Below, piece by piece: positions 24,008-38,653 of a DNA stretch of 64,000 bases (positions are counted from its first letter, which is position 1; every line of letters starts with the position of its first letter). The translations under genes were made by a program, and so were the position numbers. Below the pieces are notes generated by a model, which was given only the letters and a program-made list of their open reading frames with translations, made no database searches and was not told the origin of the DNA. The stretch is from the NCBI RefSeq assembly GCF_006345805.1, contig NC_043011.1, positions 8,866,001 to 8,930,000 on the forward strand, in the 5' to 3' direction. The stretch comes from Octopus sinensis. Lineage: Eukaryota.

Positions 24008-26865
24008 ATATATACACTATACAAATACACATACATTATATTCATTCAAGTACATATTTGAATGGAGAATTATGAGAGGCAGGATTTTTCAGATGGATGC
24101 TCTTCCAGTCATGAACCCTCACCTGTTTTTCAAATAGGAAATTTCTTTGTTCCTAATGTCTTCAAAAGTCCAAAGTAAATGGTTAGAATGTCAACATGAT
24201 TATTGCTTCACTTGAGTGGTGACAAATGTTATATGTGTGTTTGTGTGTGTAAATTCAAAAGATCTCAGGTATTGGAAACTAATTCAAACACAGGAATACT
24301 AGAAATTAATTGGGAATTGTTAGAAGGAAAAGGAAAAAGAAGAGGTTGTTTGACAAGAAATAAGACAAAGATCGGAATATTTTCGGTATAAGTTGGATTG
24401 TAAACTTTTTGATGAAGGGCCAGAGTGTATAAATGTATGTTTAAAGTAAAATGTATGTTTAAAGTAGCTTTTAAGACAATGGCTGACAGAAACAACAAGA
24501 CTGAATGATGTTTCACAGCATTGATGATCTCCCAGTCAAGGGAGATAATAGACTAGAAATTCAAGGGCATTGCCAGTAACAGTCAGCAGTTATGGGTGCA
24601 GTATGTATACCATCATCATCATCATCATTTAACATCCGCTTGCTAGCATGGGTTGGACGATTTGACTGAGGTCTGGTGAGCCAGACTCCAATCTGATCTG
24701 GCAGGGTTTCTACATCTGGATGCCCTTCCTAACGCCAACCACTCTGAGAGTGTAGTGGGTGCTTTTTACATGCCACCAGCACAAGGGCCAGTCAGGCGGT
24801 ACTGGCAACAGCCATGCTCAGATGGTGCTTTTTATGTGCCACCTGCACAGGAGCCAGTCCAGTGGCACTGGCGACGACCTCGCTTGAATGTTTCACGTGC
24901 CACCAGGTGTGCTTAACGTGCCATCGGCACGAAGGCCAGCTTGTTGCTCTGGCAATGATCACGCTTGTATGGTACTCTTAGCGCTCCACTAGCAACGGAT
25001 GCCAGTCACTAATGTATATAATAAGTATGTATGCATGTATGACTAACTGGGGATAAATGGATGTATGTATGCGTGTCTACTATGTGTCCCTCTGCATGTA
25101 GGTGTCCTTGCTGATATATATGTGCGTGCATGTGTGTGTGTGTAGATGCACTAAGTGCATCTACGACTGCTGTGTGAGTGTGTTCTAAGAATATTTACCT
25201 TGCAAGTCTGTGGAAATAACGCAATTGCAACAGGCAAAGCACAACCAAACGTCAAGGTGCACACAGTAGCATTGAATGGTAGGTGCAGTTTCGGGTAGGT
25301 TCTCAGCAGTTTGGTCCTGCAATTCAAGAGAGAACACGGCTGAAATAATGGAATAAAGCAGGATAAAATAATGAGCAGTAATAAACTTTGAGTTTCTGAA
25401 GGAAAACTCTGAACCGTAAAGAAAAAGAGAAGCATAAAGTGAGGAGATTTTTACAAAGCAACACTTTGCCTTCGACTTCACCAGACATTGTGCACTAAAC
25501 ACATTTATGTGGTCCTTCTGTTTCAGGGCTGTGACCCTCTGGGATTGTAAGCCAATCAGATTAATCTAGGAGAGCAGTCAAAAGTGGTGGGCATACTGGA
25601 AGAGGAGGACAATGACGATGACAAAGAGGAGAGGTAGAAGAGGGAGAAGTGAGAGAGAGGAGGGAGGAGAGAGAAGATAGAGAAGAGGAAGAAGAGCGAT
25701 GTGGAAGAGGAGGAGGAGGACCCCTATCACCGCTTCCTGTACTTGACTGGTACTTCATTTACGAACACTGAAGGACTGAAAGACAGAGTTGACCTCAATG
25801 GGATTTGAACTCAAACAATAAGAAATTCTACTCCAAAAGGCATCTGATGACATCACGATTGTTCCCCCCTCCCCAACAAGCCAGGAATGATGACAAAACA
25901 TTTGCCACCATACAACCCCCACCCACCCCACCCTGCCCCATGCAAAAGAGATGAACATCAAGATTGTTACATCACACCCAAAGAGAAACTGACCTGCACA
26001 GCCGGCCACGACCTGACACCACACAGCCCAGCCCCTCATAAACCTGGCCCCCTTCAGCAGACAAATAGATTTTGCACCACAGAAACAGGAGATGTTTACC
26101 TCATCACACGGGACCACATCTGACAGATTAGAATGATTACATCACAGCACCCTCACCAAACCACACGACTGGACATTACATCACCACCACCCATACCTCA
26201 GGACAGAGGGGTCAAACGAGCTAGGTGGGACCAAAGAATCTTTATTACCCTTGTCTTTCCCGACTGACGATGAGTGTGATGCTGGTGGTGGTGGTGGTGG
26301 TGGTGAAATACAACTCCAAACGTTCACCTCCCCAGTAAAGTTTCACCTAATCATAAATATTGATAATTCCAACTCTTTGCCACAACACGTCTGGGATGTG
26401 ACAAAGGCTCCACAACACAGCAGGGACCATCTCCATTATGTCTCCTACCTCTGCAATGGGACAAAGTTTCAATACAACATACACTTTATATATACAGAGA
26501 GAGAGAGAGAGGGAGAGAGAGAGAGAGATGTCATTCGAACATGGTTTTCCCCACTCAAAATTAAATAGTTTTCACACTTTCACTTACACATGCACACACA
26601 CACCACACACCCAACCCTACATATCGCAACAGGAACAGCAGAGATATTTTTAATGAAGTGGAATAAGACAACCTGGGTCTTTGGTCACCACCACCACCAT
26701 TGCTGTTGACTACTACTACTACTACTACTGCTGCTGCTACTACTACTACTATTATAGCCCACAGTAGTCTTTATTGACATCAATGTGATGGGTCAACCTT
26801 TTGAGTGTCGTTGTGTAACTGTTATAGAAAAGGTGTGACTGGACATGAAATATAAATGGACAGAC

Positions 26866-26944
<79 letters not shown>

Positions 26945-27597
26945 GGAGAGAGAGATAAAGTGGAGGGGGTAAATACAAAAACAGAAGGATGGACAAAGAC
27001 AGCTTGAGAGATCAAAAGACAGGTGAGACAGCAGAGAGAAGGAGAGATACAAGAATGAATAGAGAGAGAGAGAGAGAGAGAGAGAGCAGGAGATGGACAG
27101 TGAGAAAGATACAAGGTGTGTGTGTGTGTGTGTGTAGAATAATACATGAATATATAGAAACATAGATAAGTAGATGAATAGAGAAAGTGGGGGGGGGGTT
27201 GAGAGATGGGGAAGAGAATCACAATGTTCTCTATAAATATTCATTTCATAGCAACAACACCAATTATGATGATAATAATAATGACTTATTTATAATAATC
27301 TCTTTTACATATATATATATACACATATATACACATATATATACATATATATACATATATATATAGACATATATATATATACACATATATATACATATAT
27401 ATATATAGACATATATATATATAGACATATATATAGACATATATAGACATAGACATATACCTATATGTATACATATTTGTAGGCATGTGTGTGTATATAT
27501 ATACACACACATGCCTACACGTGATATTTATACATATATATGTGTGTATATTTGCATCTGCGTCTTTGAGAGGATGTGTGTGAATACATATACATAT

Positions 27598-27640
<43 letters not shown>

Positions 27641-30600
27641 TAACTTATTACATAAATATTTATGCAACATCCTACTTCTCTTTTCTCTTTGTGTATGTGT
27701 ATATATGTATCCATCCACACACATACACACATATGTATGTACATTATATACACTAGATGAATATTTATGCAATATCCTGCTCATCTTCCTTTTCCCCATA
27801 CATCTATATATATGTATGTATGTGTGTGTGTGTGTATATGAATCCAAGAATATGTGAGTGTAGTGTACAGTGGTGGTGGTGGTGGTGGTAGTAGAGGTAT
27901 GTAGCTGTTGGTGCTGCAGTTGAATATTCATGCCAGCTTCTGGAACAGAAGAGACAGGCAATGTAATATTGAATGGAAAGTAAGAAGTTTCTACCACCAC
28001 CACCATTGCAGCCACCACCACCACCGCCACCGCCACCACCACCACCACCACTACCATCACCACCAATGCCACCATGACTTCCACCACACACAAAACACAC
28101 AACAAAAATATCTTGAATCACATTTCTGAGAGACATTGAACCATGAGACACAGGAGGTGGACAGTTCATTCCAGGTGAAAGAAAATAAGAAATATATTTA
28201 TTCATCATCGTTGTTGCTGTTGTTGTAGCTATCTTCATCATCATCATTATTATCATTATTATTATTATTATTATTACTACTACTACTACTACTAAGCTGG
28301 TGAGCTGGCAGAATTGTTAACACACTGGGTGAAATGCTTAGAAGTATTTCGTCTGTCTTTATGTTCTGAGTTCAAATTCTGCTGAGGTCAACTTTGCCTT
28401 TCATCCTTTCAGGGTTGATAAAATAAGTACCAGTTGAACATTGGGGTCGATGTAATCAACTTAGCCCCTTTCCTGAAATTGCTGGCCTAGAACCAAAATT
28501 TGAAAGTATTGTTATTATTATTATTATTACTTTTAATCTGCAACTTTGTTACAGTCACTTGCCAAGATACACCCAGTGTCCTCGGGCGAGTGACGGGTAA
28601 GAGCTGTTACAGTATGGCTGAAGGCTTGTGGAGGGGAAGTAGGGAAATATCTTCATGTAATACAACACAGACATTTAAATGGACAGGGTTTTTCTAAGGA
28701 TGTGGGCAGTACTTGTCAGCACAATCTTTTGGATTTCTCTGAAACATGGTTCTCCTGGGATCTTACCAAGATATCTCTGACATCTCTTTTTTATCACACC
28801 TAGGGCACCAACAATAACAGGGACAGTTCTTGTTTTAAGATGCCACATCTTTTGTATTTCAATTTCCAGGTCCTTATATTTATTCAATTTGTCAAATTCC
28901 TTTACAGATATAATTTTATCAGTGGCAACACTGACATCTATTAGTCTACGAGTATTTTCTTTCCTGTTTTTAATAATTATGTCTGGTTGATGATGATTAT
29001 TATTATTATTATTACTATTGAGTGAGAGAGCAGTTCATGCCATCAAAGTGACACTGGGGTAAAATATACGAAGCCCAATATACCCATCATGACTACCCGT
29101 CTGATAAGGGTACACCAGGCACATGCATCACAACCATATGTGCGCAACATGGAGATCTCATATCAAGATAAACAGCACATGACCTTGCAGGTGGAGCCCA
29201 GTTAGAATTTTCTTCAGGTTGAGTAGCCCATCCCGCTCAAAAGGTCCCTGAATAAGGGTTGTTTAAGGATGTTGAAAGAACCACCCATGTTTCCAGAGGT
29301 GAATTATTCAAACCCCAAAGAATCCTTCTCAACACATGACTATGATGCTCCCCCACTATTTCTGCTCGTGGTCAGAGATGCACATATCGTCAGCCACTAA
29401 GGGACATGCTCAACTGGTTACAGTCAAACAACTGACAAGCAAATCTGTGGTATTGAGCAGAATATTTGCTGTAGCCCATCTTTTATACCAAGACAAAACA
29501 ATGTACATGATAACACTTCCAATCAGTTAAGATCAGAAGCCATAATATTATTATTATTATTATTATTATTATAACCATTTTCGTTGTGGGAGTGGTAGAA
29601 TCATTAGAGTAGACACAAAATGCTTTGCAGTATTCCTTCCAGTTGTTTAAATCATAAGTTCAAATCCAGCCAAGGTCAATTTTGCCTTTCATCCCACCAG
29701 AATCGATAAAATTAAATACCAGTCAACTATTGGGGTCCAAAGGTCTCAGCTAGTCTCCCTGCATTCCTCAAAACTGCTGGTCTTGTGCCTAAACCAGAAA
29801 TGACAACATTGGACCAAACGTTTGATGCTGTTCCTCCTGACTCTTTATGTTCTGGCTTCCGATTCCACAGAAGGCAGCAGCTTTGCCTTTCATCCTTTCA
29901 AAGTTGGGAAAATAAAATACCTTTCATGTCAGCATGGATGTTAAATGATGACGACGACGATGATGATGATGATGACAATGATAATGATGATGAACTACAC
30001 CCCTCTTCAACAAAGTTATTGTTTGTTCTTTAACCCCAAGTCAGCCTTGACTGAACAGACCTTATAATAAAAAGCATACCAGCCATGACCATCCTGTCTC
30101 TATTATTATCATGTTCAGGGATATCGGAGCACATATCCAAAACGTCATTTTGTAAGATGGTAGAGAGTAACTGGAGGGAGAACTGGCTTCTATTTTTAGC
30201 AGATAGAGCAACTATATTGAAGCTCCCTCATGAGCTCAACCAATTAATTATGTTGTGGTAAAGTGAGGAATAATTGATATAAAGACAAAGAGTGGCAGGG
30301 TTGGGGGGTGGGGAGTGGGAGAATTGGTAGAGTTGCCATAGAGATTGCCTTGTGTTTGTCTTTGCTCTGGTTGTCTGCCCAGAGAATAGGAAATCCTGTT
30401 GAGGTCAGGTTTGTTGTTCCTCTTTTCTGGACATCAAATTCGACTTCTTAGAAAATGTGTGGGTGCATGTGTGCACGTGTGTATATGTGTGGGTGCATGT
30501 GTGCATGTGTGTATATGTGTGGGTGCATGTGTGTGTGTGCATATGCATATATGTTCTGAGTAAACTGCATCCAGTAATGAAACTCCAGTTCAGGGGATCT

Positions 30601-33600
30601 GGAGCTGTGAGGAATGTGGAGTCAGCCCTTATTTACCATTATTCCCAGATCCATTCTGATGTGGAATCGTAGTATCTGTCCCAGTGGTACTTTGAGCTTT
30701 TTTTTTAGATTCCTCTGATATCAAAGACAAAGATAGATGCTGTAACATATTGAGCAATGAGATTCTGATACCCGGGTACTGTACCACATGTGGAACCTTT
30801 GCTATATATATCATGTGACATATGGATATTAGGCTAGATGTGAGTACTGCACTGGGTGGGGTACTGTACTATATGTAGGTACTTTACTATAAGTAGCTTC
30901 TGTGGTACATTTAGGTACTGTACTTTATAGGAGTATCATACTAACTGTGAGCACTGTAGTATATATGGCTTCAGTGGTACATGTGGGTCGGGCCTTTGTG
31001 CCTAATAAAGAATTAAGTAGTACATGTGGTATTGTACTACATGTAGCTTCTCAACATATAACACTGGTGGGTCAGAACTGGCTGAGTTGATTAAGCTGTT
31101 GGATCCCTGCCATACCTCAACTATTCACCACACACGCTTTCAGGATCCCATGCCACTTCAAGTCAGAATTAAGCAAACAAATTCTTGGCAGTACTTCAGC
31201 CCTAACCTTCAGAGACAGTTAAATGGATGACTAAAGCTAACCTCTTAGGTAAGTCCCTCTACATCACCCACACATTCAAATGGTTTACAGCTTAAATCAC
31301 ATCACCAATACTAGGATGTATTCATACCCAAAGCATATACCTCTTGCTAACCCCTTGTTGTGATAAAGGTACCCCCTTCACTGCAGTAAAGACCAATAAG
31401 GCCATTGTTTGTATAACAAAATGACTTCAAATTGTATAAACAAAGAAGCAACAACAAGAGGTTCGAATAAGTTTGTTCAACCGAAATGAGTCAGTTTTGT
31501 CATTGCACCTGGACCTTAGACGAGGCTATGCAATACTGACCGGTACTCAATTGTCCAACATAGAGGAATGGACTGTGAGAAGGACATTCTAACTAGACTG
31601 ACTATAACAAATTCCTTAATGTCAAGGATTAATTACTATAAGTAAAATCAACTCGTTATTTCCTCTGCCTTCAGAGGTATTGTTTTCAGTCATGTTTGTT
31701 TGTTTGTTTGTCGATGGTCAAGAAATCTTAAGAACTGCTGGATGGCTTCTGATAAAACTTTCAGGGATGTTTGACCTCATGACAAACACAAACTGGTTAG
31801 ATTTTGGGATTGATCCGGTACCCAACAAGGATTCTGGATTATTTTTTAAGTTTTTTTTTACTTAATTATTGAGAGCAGTTGGGTTCGTTTTTAGTAATCT
31901 CGCTTGTGAGAGCAGTTGAGTTTATTTCAGATATTCTCATTTTAAAAATCCTCTCTGGCTAATCATTGAGGGGACGTTGGTGTTGCCTTGGCAGAGGTCG
32001 GTGCTCTCTGAGTGCTCTTGATATTATTAATGCAATCCATAACAGTTTGGAGTATATTAATTGGTATAAACAAGGATCAATGGTTGAATCAACCAACCCC
32101 CAGTATGTAACTGGTTTGTGTTCTATCAACCACTAAGTAATTGTTTCTAGCTTTGGTGCAAGGCCAGAAATTTCCTGCTACCCATACTTGACTGGTACTT
32201 TATCGACCTGAAAAGGATGAAAAGTTGACCTCGGCGGAATTTCAACCCAGACTCTAACGAAATACTTTAAAGCATTTTGCGTTGTTTCTGCCTATGCCCT
32301 GCTTTAAATAATGACTTCTGATTTAGACACAAGGCCAGCAATTTTGATGGGAGAGGTTAGTTGATACGACCAACCCCAAGTGTAAGACTGGTACTTTATT
32401 TTATCGATCCCCAATGGATAAAAGGCTAAGTCAACCTCGGCGGGATTTGAAATCAGAACGTAAAGAGCCAGAACACTGCGATGCATTCTTTCCACTCCGC
32501 TAACAATTCTGACAACTCGAGTCGAAATGTCCACTTGAGGGCAATAGGAACGGAGAAGGTGAAGGGACATAACTCTGTTATTACAAAATGATAGAAATAA
32601 ATATTTTCTACTTCAAATATTATATCACATATTTGAGATTTAGTATAATAACGTCGATTCCCCAGTATGTGACTGGTACTTTATTTCACCAGTGGAAGGA
32701 CGAATGATAATGTTATCTTCCCGATTGAATTCAGAAAACAAATAAAACTACGCTAATACTACTAGGTATTTCGTTCCCTGCCCCACAAATTCGACCATTG
32801 AACCCCTTTTAATAACTGGTACAACAACATAACGAGGTCACCCCTACATGGGCACGAAGCCTGCTAGAAATACAACTAAATTTCCCCCAAACCAAATAAA
32901 GGCGACGTTAGATAATGTAGACATTGATGTACAACTAGACAGGGGTGTCACACCTGGAACGTCTTTGATCAAAAGTTTGCTCAATAAATATTAACCAGGA
33001 AATAAACATAAACAAAAATAACAATAACCAGTTTAACAAAGGGGCGTCTACACCATTTTGTCAACATGCTAGAAATAGCAGCCAAACCTCCTCATTACAT
33101 CTTAATCTCTTAAAAAAAAGAAGGACCCACTGGACAATGTAACTCTAAATACACAAAAAGATGGGATGATCAAGATTAGTTCACTTTTCATCAGAGTTCT
33201 GCTCATCAGGGTTGACCTAGGGTTGAAAAATAACAACAACAAGTAATGTTAATTATAGCAACAACAACATTGGAGAGAAAAAATAATAATTTAGTGAACT
33301 CACTTTTCTAGAAGCGACATAATTAATGGTGGAATGATGAGGATTGGTGCCGGCAGAAACATTCTGGTGAGGGCAGTTTGGAACAAGGCCTGCAAGAATA
33401 CGAAGAAGCACAAAGTATTTCTACAGAAAAGTTAAAGAAATTCATTCATGCATGTAAAAATGTGTGTGTATACTCTTTTCTCTCTTTTTACTTGTTTCAG
33501 TCATTTGACTGCGGCCATGCTGGAGTACCGCCTTTAGTCGAGCAAATCGACCCCAGGACTTATTCTTTGTAAGCCTAGTACTTATTCTATTGGTCTCCTA

Positions 33601-33892
33601 TGCTGAACCGCTAAGTGACAGGGACATAAACGCACCAGCATCGGTTGTCAAGCAATGCTAAGGGGACAAACACAAACATATACACACACATACATATATA
33701 TATATATATACACACATATATAGGCACAGGAGTGGCTGTGTGGTAAGTAGCTTCTAACCAACCACATGGTTCCGGGTTCAGTCCCACTGCGTGGCATCTT
33801 GGGCAAGTGTCTTCTGCTATAGCCTCGGGCCGACCAATGCCTTGTGAGTGGATTTGGTAGACGGAAACTGAAAGAAGCCTGTCGTATATATG

Positions 33893-33929
<37 letters not shown>

Positions 33930-34339
33930 TTGTGTGTCTGTGTTTGTCTCCCTAGCATTGCTTGACAACCGATGCTGGTGTGTTTACGTCCCCGTCACTT
34001 AGCGGTTCGGCAAAAGAGACCAATAGAATAAGTACTGGGCTTACAAAGAATAAGTCCCGGGGTCAAGTTGCTCGATTAAAGGTGGTGCTCCAGCATGGCT
34101 GCAGTCAACTGACTGAAACAAGTAAAAGAGTAAAAGAGAGTAAAGAGATATATACGACGTGCTTCTTTCAGTTTCCATCTACCATATCCACTCACGGCCT
34201 GAGGCTATAGTAGAAGACACTTGCCCAAGGCGCCATGCAGTGGGAATGAACCAAGAACCATGTGGTTGGTAGGCAAGCTACTTACCACACAGCCACTCCT
34301 GCACCTATATATATATATGTATATGTGTGTATATATATA

Positions 34340-34379
<40 letters not shown>

Positions 34380-37300
34380 GAGAGAGGGAGAGAGAGTAAA
34401 GTGGTTGTGTGATAAGAAGTTAGCTTTCCAACCACATGGTTCCAGGTTCAGTTCTATTGCATGCTACCTTAAGCAAGCATCTTCTACTTTAGCCATGGCC
34501 AAGCATTAAAATGACTAGGATTTAGTCATTCAACTAAAACCCTTTGAAGTGATGCTCCAGCATGGCCTCAGTCACAACTAAGGATACATTTCACAAAAAG
34601 TCCAAAGTTAGTCACAACCCTAGAGTCCCTCAACCAATTCCAATTTCTATGGTATTCAAATATCTCAGATTACAAAACTAACCCCCAACCCTACCCCACC
34701 CAGAAATGATACCATTTTAGCATTTACCGCTAATCATGTTGAATTTTCTAGCTTCTGTTGGCAATAAATGTTTCCGAGTTCCTTAATTTTTCGATGCTAA
34801 GTTTTATTTTAGTTGTGTGCGTTGTTGGTGATATTCTTTTCTACTCTAGGCACAAGGCTCGAAATTTTGGGGAAGGGGGCCAGTCGATTAGATCAACCAC
34901 AGTGTGCAACTGGTACTTAATTTATCGACCCCGAAAGGATGAAAGGCAAAGTTGACTTCAGCGGAATTTGAACTCAGAACGTAAAGACAGATGAAATACC
35001 AGTGTGCTAACGTTTCTGCCAGCTCACTGCTTTGTGTTCTTGGTGATGTTGTGCTTGAGGCTGCCTCTGGTTTTTATCAAGTTAGCAATTTCTGGGGACA
35101 AGTGCAAGTCACTCGCATTTTCCATCAGGTAGCAGAGAGAAGGGGCCATCTTTATGGCTGGTGTAGCAGTACCATCATCATCATCAAGTGTTACAAAGGA
35201 GATTCTCAAGAAAGAAGTGACTACAAAGACACCAAACAGATGGCCTGACTTAGGAAGGCGGTGAGCTGGCAGAATCGTTAGCACGCTGGACGAAATGCTA
35301 AGCGGTATTTTGTCTGCTGTTACATTCTGAGTTCAAATTTCGCTAAGGTCGACTTTGCCTTTCATCCTTTCGGGGTCGATAAATTAAGTGCGTAACTGGA
35401 CCCAGTTACACACTTGGGTCCATGTAATCTACTTACTCTCCTTGTCTGTCCTTGTTTGTCCCCTCTGTTTAGCCCCTTGTGGGCAATAAAGAAATAAGAA
35501 AATTAACTTAGATAAGATGTGGTACAGGTATGTGCCATGCTGGAGCAAGACTGGTATCTTCTTCCAAGTGAAACAACTACAGACATTACTAGCAAAGAAC
35601 AAACAACAACTCTATGTACCAATCTCTAACTGGACACCACACTTTATAGTCTGCTGATTTCAAAGAATGGATTGTGAAAGTCACGTGAGGAGCTATGGAT
35701 GGAAATGCTGTGAGCAAAATGAGAGTTAGGAAGAAGGAATTTAGCTGGTTCTCAGCTTCCTCCACTTGGTTAAAGTTCTCCAGGTCATGGCACAGGAATT
35801 TATAACCAACTGTCAGTGCGAATGCCTGTGTACTAGACTTAGTTCTCAGATCTGAATCTTTTAAAGAATTGGAGAAGAAAATCTAAACTTGGAATCAAGC
35901 CAAGCCTATAATCAAGATTTCCTAAAATAGAACTAAAGATAAAAAAAGGCAAATGTTTTACTAAAGAAAGAAATCAGGATGCTATTGGCCTCTGGATAGG
36001 GGCCATACTTGGTATGCAAAAAGGAGTGAGTAGGAATTCCTATACCCTATAATTAATATAATAATCAATGGGAGTACAAGAGGTGTAATGTGATTACAAG
36101 GAGACTGACAGAGGAAAACTTTGTAGAGGGGTGATTAGCAATTAAGGTAATCAGGAAATTCTTTCGAATGCTGTTTTGGAGAGCTGAACGGTAGCAGTTA
36201 AATGCTTCGTATTATAGGGGGTAGCCTAATTAGTGGTGGGGAAGGATGTTCCACAAATACCCAGAGTAGGAACAGGGTAGGAAAGTTGAAAGAACTAGCA
36301 ACAAATGGGTTGTCTTTGCGAGTGAAGAGACATTGTACGATGATGTTGTCTTGGAGGAAAATATGAGCATCGGATGTGGAGGATGTCGGAAAGATGGGAA
36401 GGAATGAAGTGAACAGGTTTTGCTGGATGAGTAAATGTTAATGTTACATCAACAACAACAGCCAAATGCCCCTCGAATTATACTTCACCATTTTAACAAT
36501 GGGCGGACACATATAATAATATATTTTTAGATACACTATGGATAAAATAAAACGTGATGGTCATGGCAGAAACGCCTGTGAACATAGATCTACTGAATGA
36601 AGGTTTAAACAACATAAAGCCTCTACGTGGTCACGCAACAATGCTAAAAACAGCTGCTAAATCTACTTCAAATAACCTCCAAGCGTTTTTAAAATATGAA
36701 CGACACATTAGATAATGTAGTCCTCGATATACTATGCCTAAATAAAAGACAATGAAATACGATTAGGAAGCTGCTCAAACCACGAATATTCGTCAACACG
36801 ATTCATCAAGAAGTTGCCTCCCTTGCACAACAATTTAGCCTACATGAGTTATTTCCCTTATTTATATTCCCTTTCCATTCATATCTCTGGAGGTGAACTA
36901 CCTTTATACTGCCTCTACAATTTCCTTTCCCGGATGATGTCATTTCACTTCACCTGAGCAGCTAAATTTCCGAGGAAAGGCATGAAGGTCACTGTCTCTC
37001 CGGTTCCCTGTCCTATATAATCTAAATCACTGTGTTTACTTCATTCTATTTCAGAGAACAAAAGACAATCATGAAGAGGAGAAAATGGAAGTTGTGGCGT
37101 TCATGCCTTCACTACAATGTCGCTTAAGTTATACACAAAAAAAAAAAAAGAAAGAAAACATATTTCTGGTTGTTTAGCCCTCGGAAAGGCTTTATTCAGC
37201 AGACCAATGATTGAAAGATATTCCATTTGTGACCATCCTGTCTTTTATACAGACATAATGTAGCAAGGGCTAATTATTCTATGTGTGCATTTTTTTTTAA

Positions 37301-38618
37301 GACAATGGGGTGTAATTTGTGAGAGATTTGGTTGATGTTTCTTGCAAATCTAGAGACCACATAGAGGCTACCTTGTCTACTAAATGCAGTTATAAAGTTA
37401 GCAGTCTCAGATCAACAGCCCAATGTGTAGATGTGAAGGGGGGGGGGGCTAATAAGTGAAACAAGGTGGCCAGAAAGATGAAGTTTATATTAAAGAAATA
37501 TAAAAATAGGCAGAGGCGTGGGTGAGTGAGTGGTTAAGAAACTTGCTTCCCAACCATGTGGCCTTGGGTTCAATCCCATTGTGTGGTATCATTCTATATC
37601 TTCTACTATAGCCCTGATCTGGAAAAAGCCTTTGAGATGGAAACTGAAAGAAGCCTATTATGTGTGTGTGTGTGTACTTGTCTCCACCACCACTTGATAA
37701 CCAGCACTGGTTTGTTTACATCCCTGTAACTTATTGGTTTAGCAAAAGGGACTGATAAAATAAATTCCAGCCTTAAAGAAAAACTAAGTACAGGGGATCA
37801 ACTAAACCCTTCTGTCTAATGATTAGAAGAAGAAAAAGATTAAAAAAATAAAAGAATATAGACATAGTCAACCCACACTGAAATGAGAGGATTTCAGATA
37901 AAGCTGTTTCGAAGGAAATGGAATTCCCTGTGATGGAAAAAGGGAAGAAAGAGATGCAAATTTGCAGAAGAATAAAGAAATGTTTTCTCACCACTTTTGC
38001 TGCTACAACTGATGACCCAAGGGGTTTGTTGTTGCTGTCAAATACTTCAATACCTTGTGGTATTTCACTGTTCCGCATCAGAACCACATTACAAGTACTC
38101 GCAGTCGCTATCAATAAAAGACACAAACTTTCCATCAACAAACATAAACAAGCTTCTTTTTCTTCTTAATTAGTAATTTATATTGATCTTGTTTTGATTA
38201 AGTACTTGTTTAATTAACTTTTGGACTAACAGCTATAGTTGACTATTTGTCTCAAGCATATAGATGTGTGTATGTGTGTGTGTGTGTGTGTGAAGGCATG
38301 TGGCCTAATGGTTAGAGTATCACACACAAAATTGCTAGATCACGGGTTCAATTCCCAGACCTGGGCAGTGCATTGTGTTCTTGAGCAAAACACTTCACTC
38401 CATGTTGCTCCATTCCACTCAGCTGTAAACCCTGCAATGGTCTTCTGGTTTGGTGGGATGTTGGTTTGCTCGCCTGGCCGGCAGAGTGGCATTAGCCAAA
38501 CACCAAAATGACGTGCAGTGCACTGTGGCCAGTGATGTATAACAACATGCGATAGTCTGGTCAATACCATGATATACCATGACATGTATATATATCTATA
38601 TATACAAACATACATACA

Positions 38619-38653
<35 letters not shown>

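Noticed and set aside
25870-26250. 78-aa and 120-aa ORFs in intron 9
   Set aside because: Low-complexity, no recognisable domains
29440-29545. Minus-strand start GGCTTCTGATCTTAACTG as an snRNA (U2/U11/U5) derivative
   Set aside because: Does not match the snRNA sequences I recall beyond a few bases
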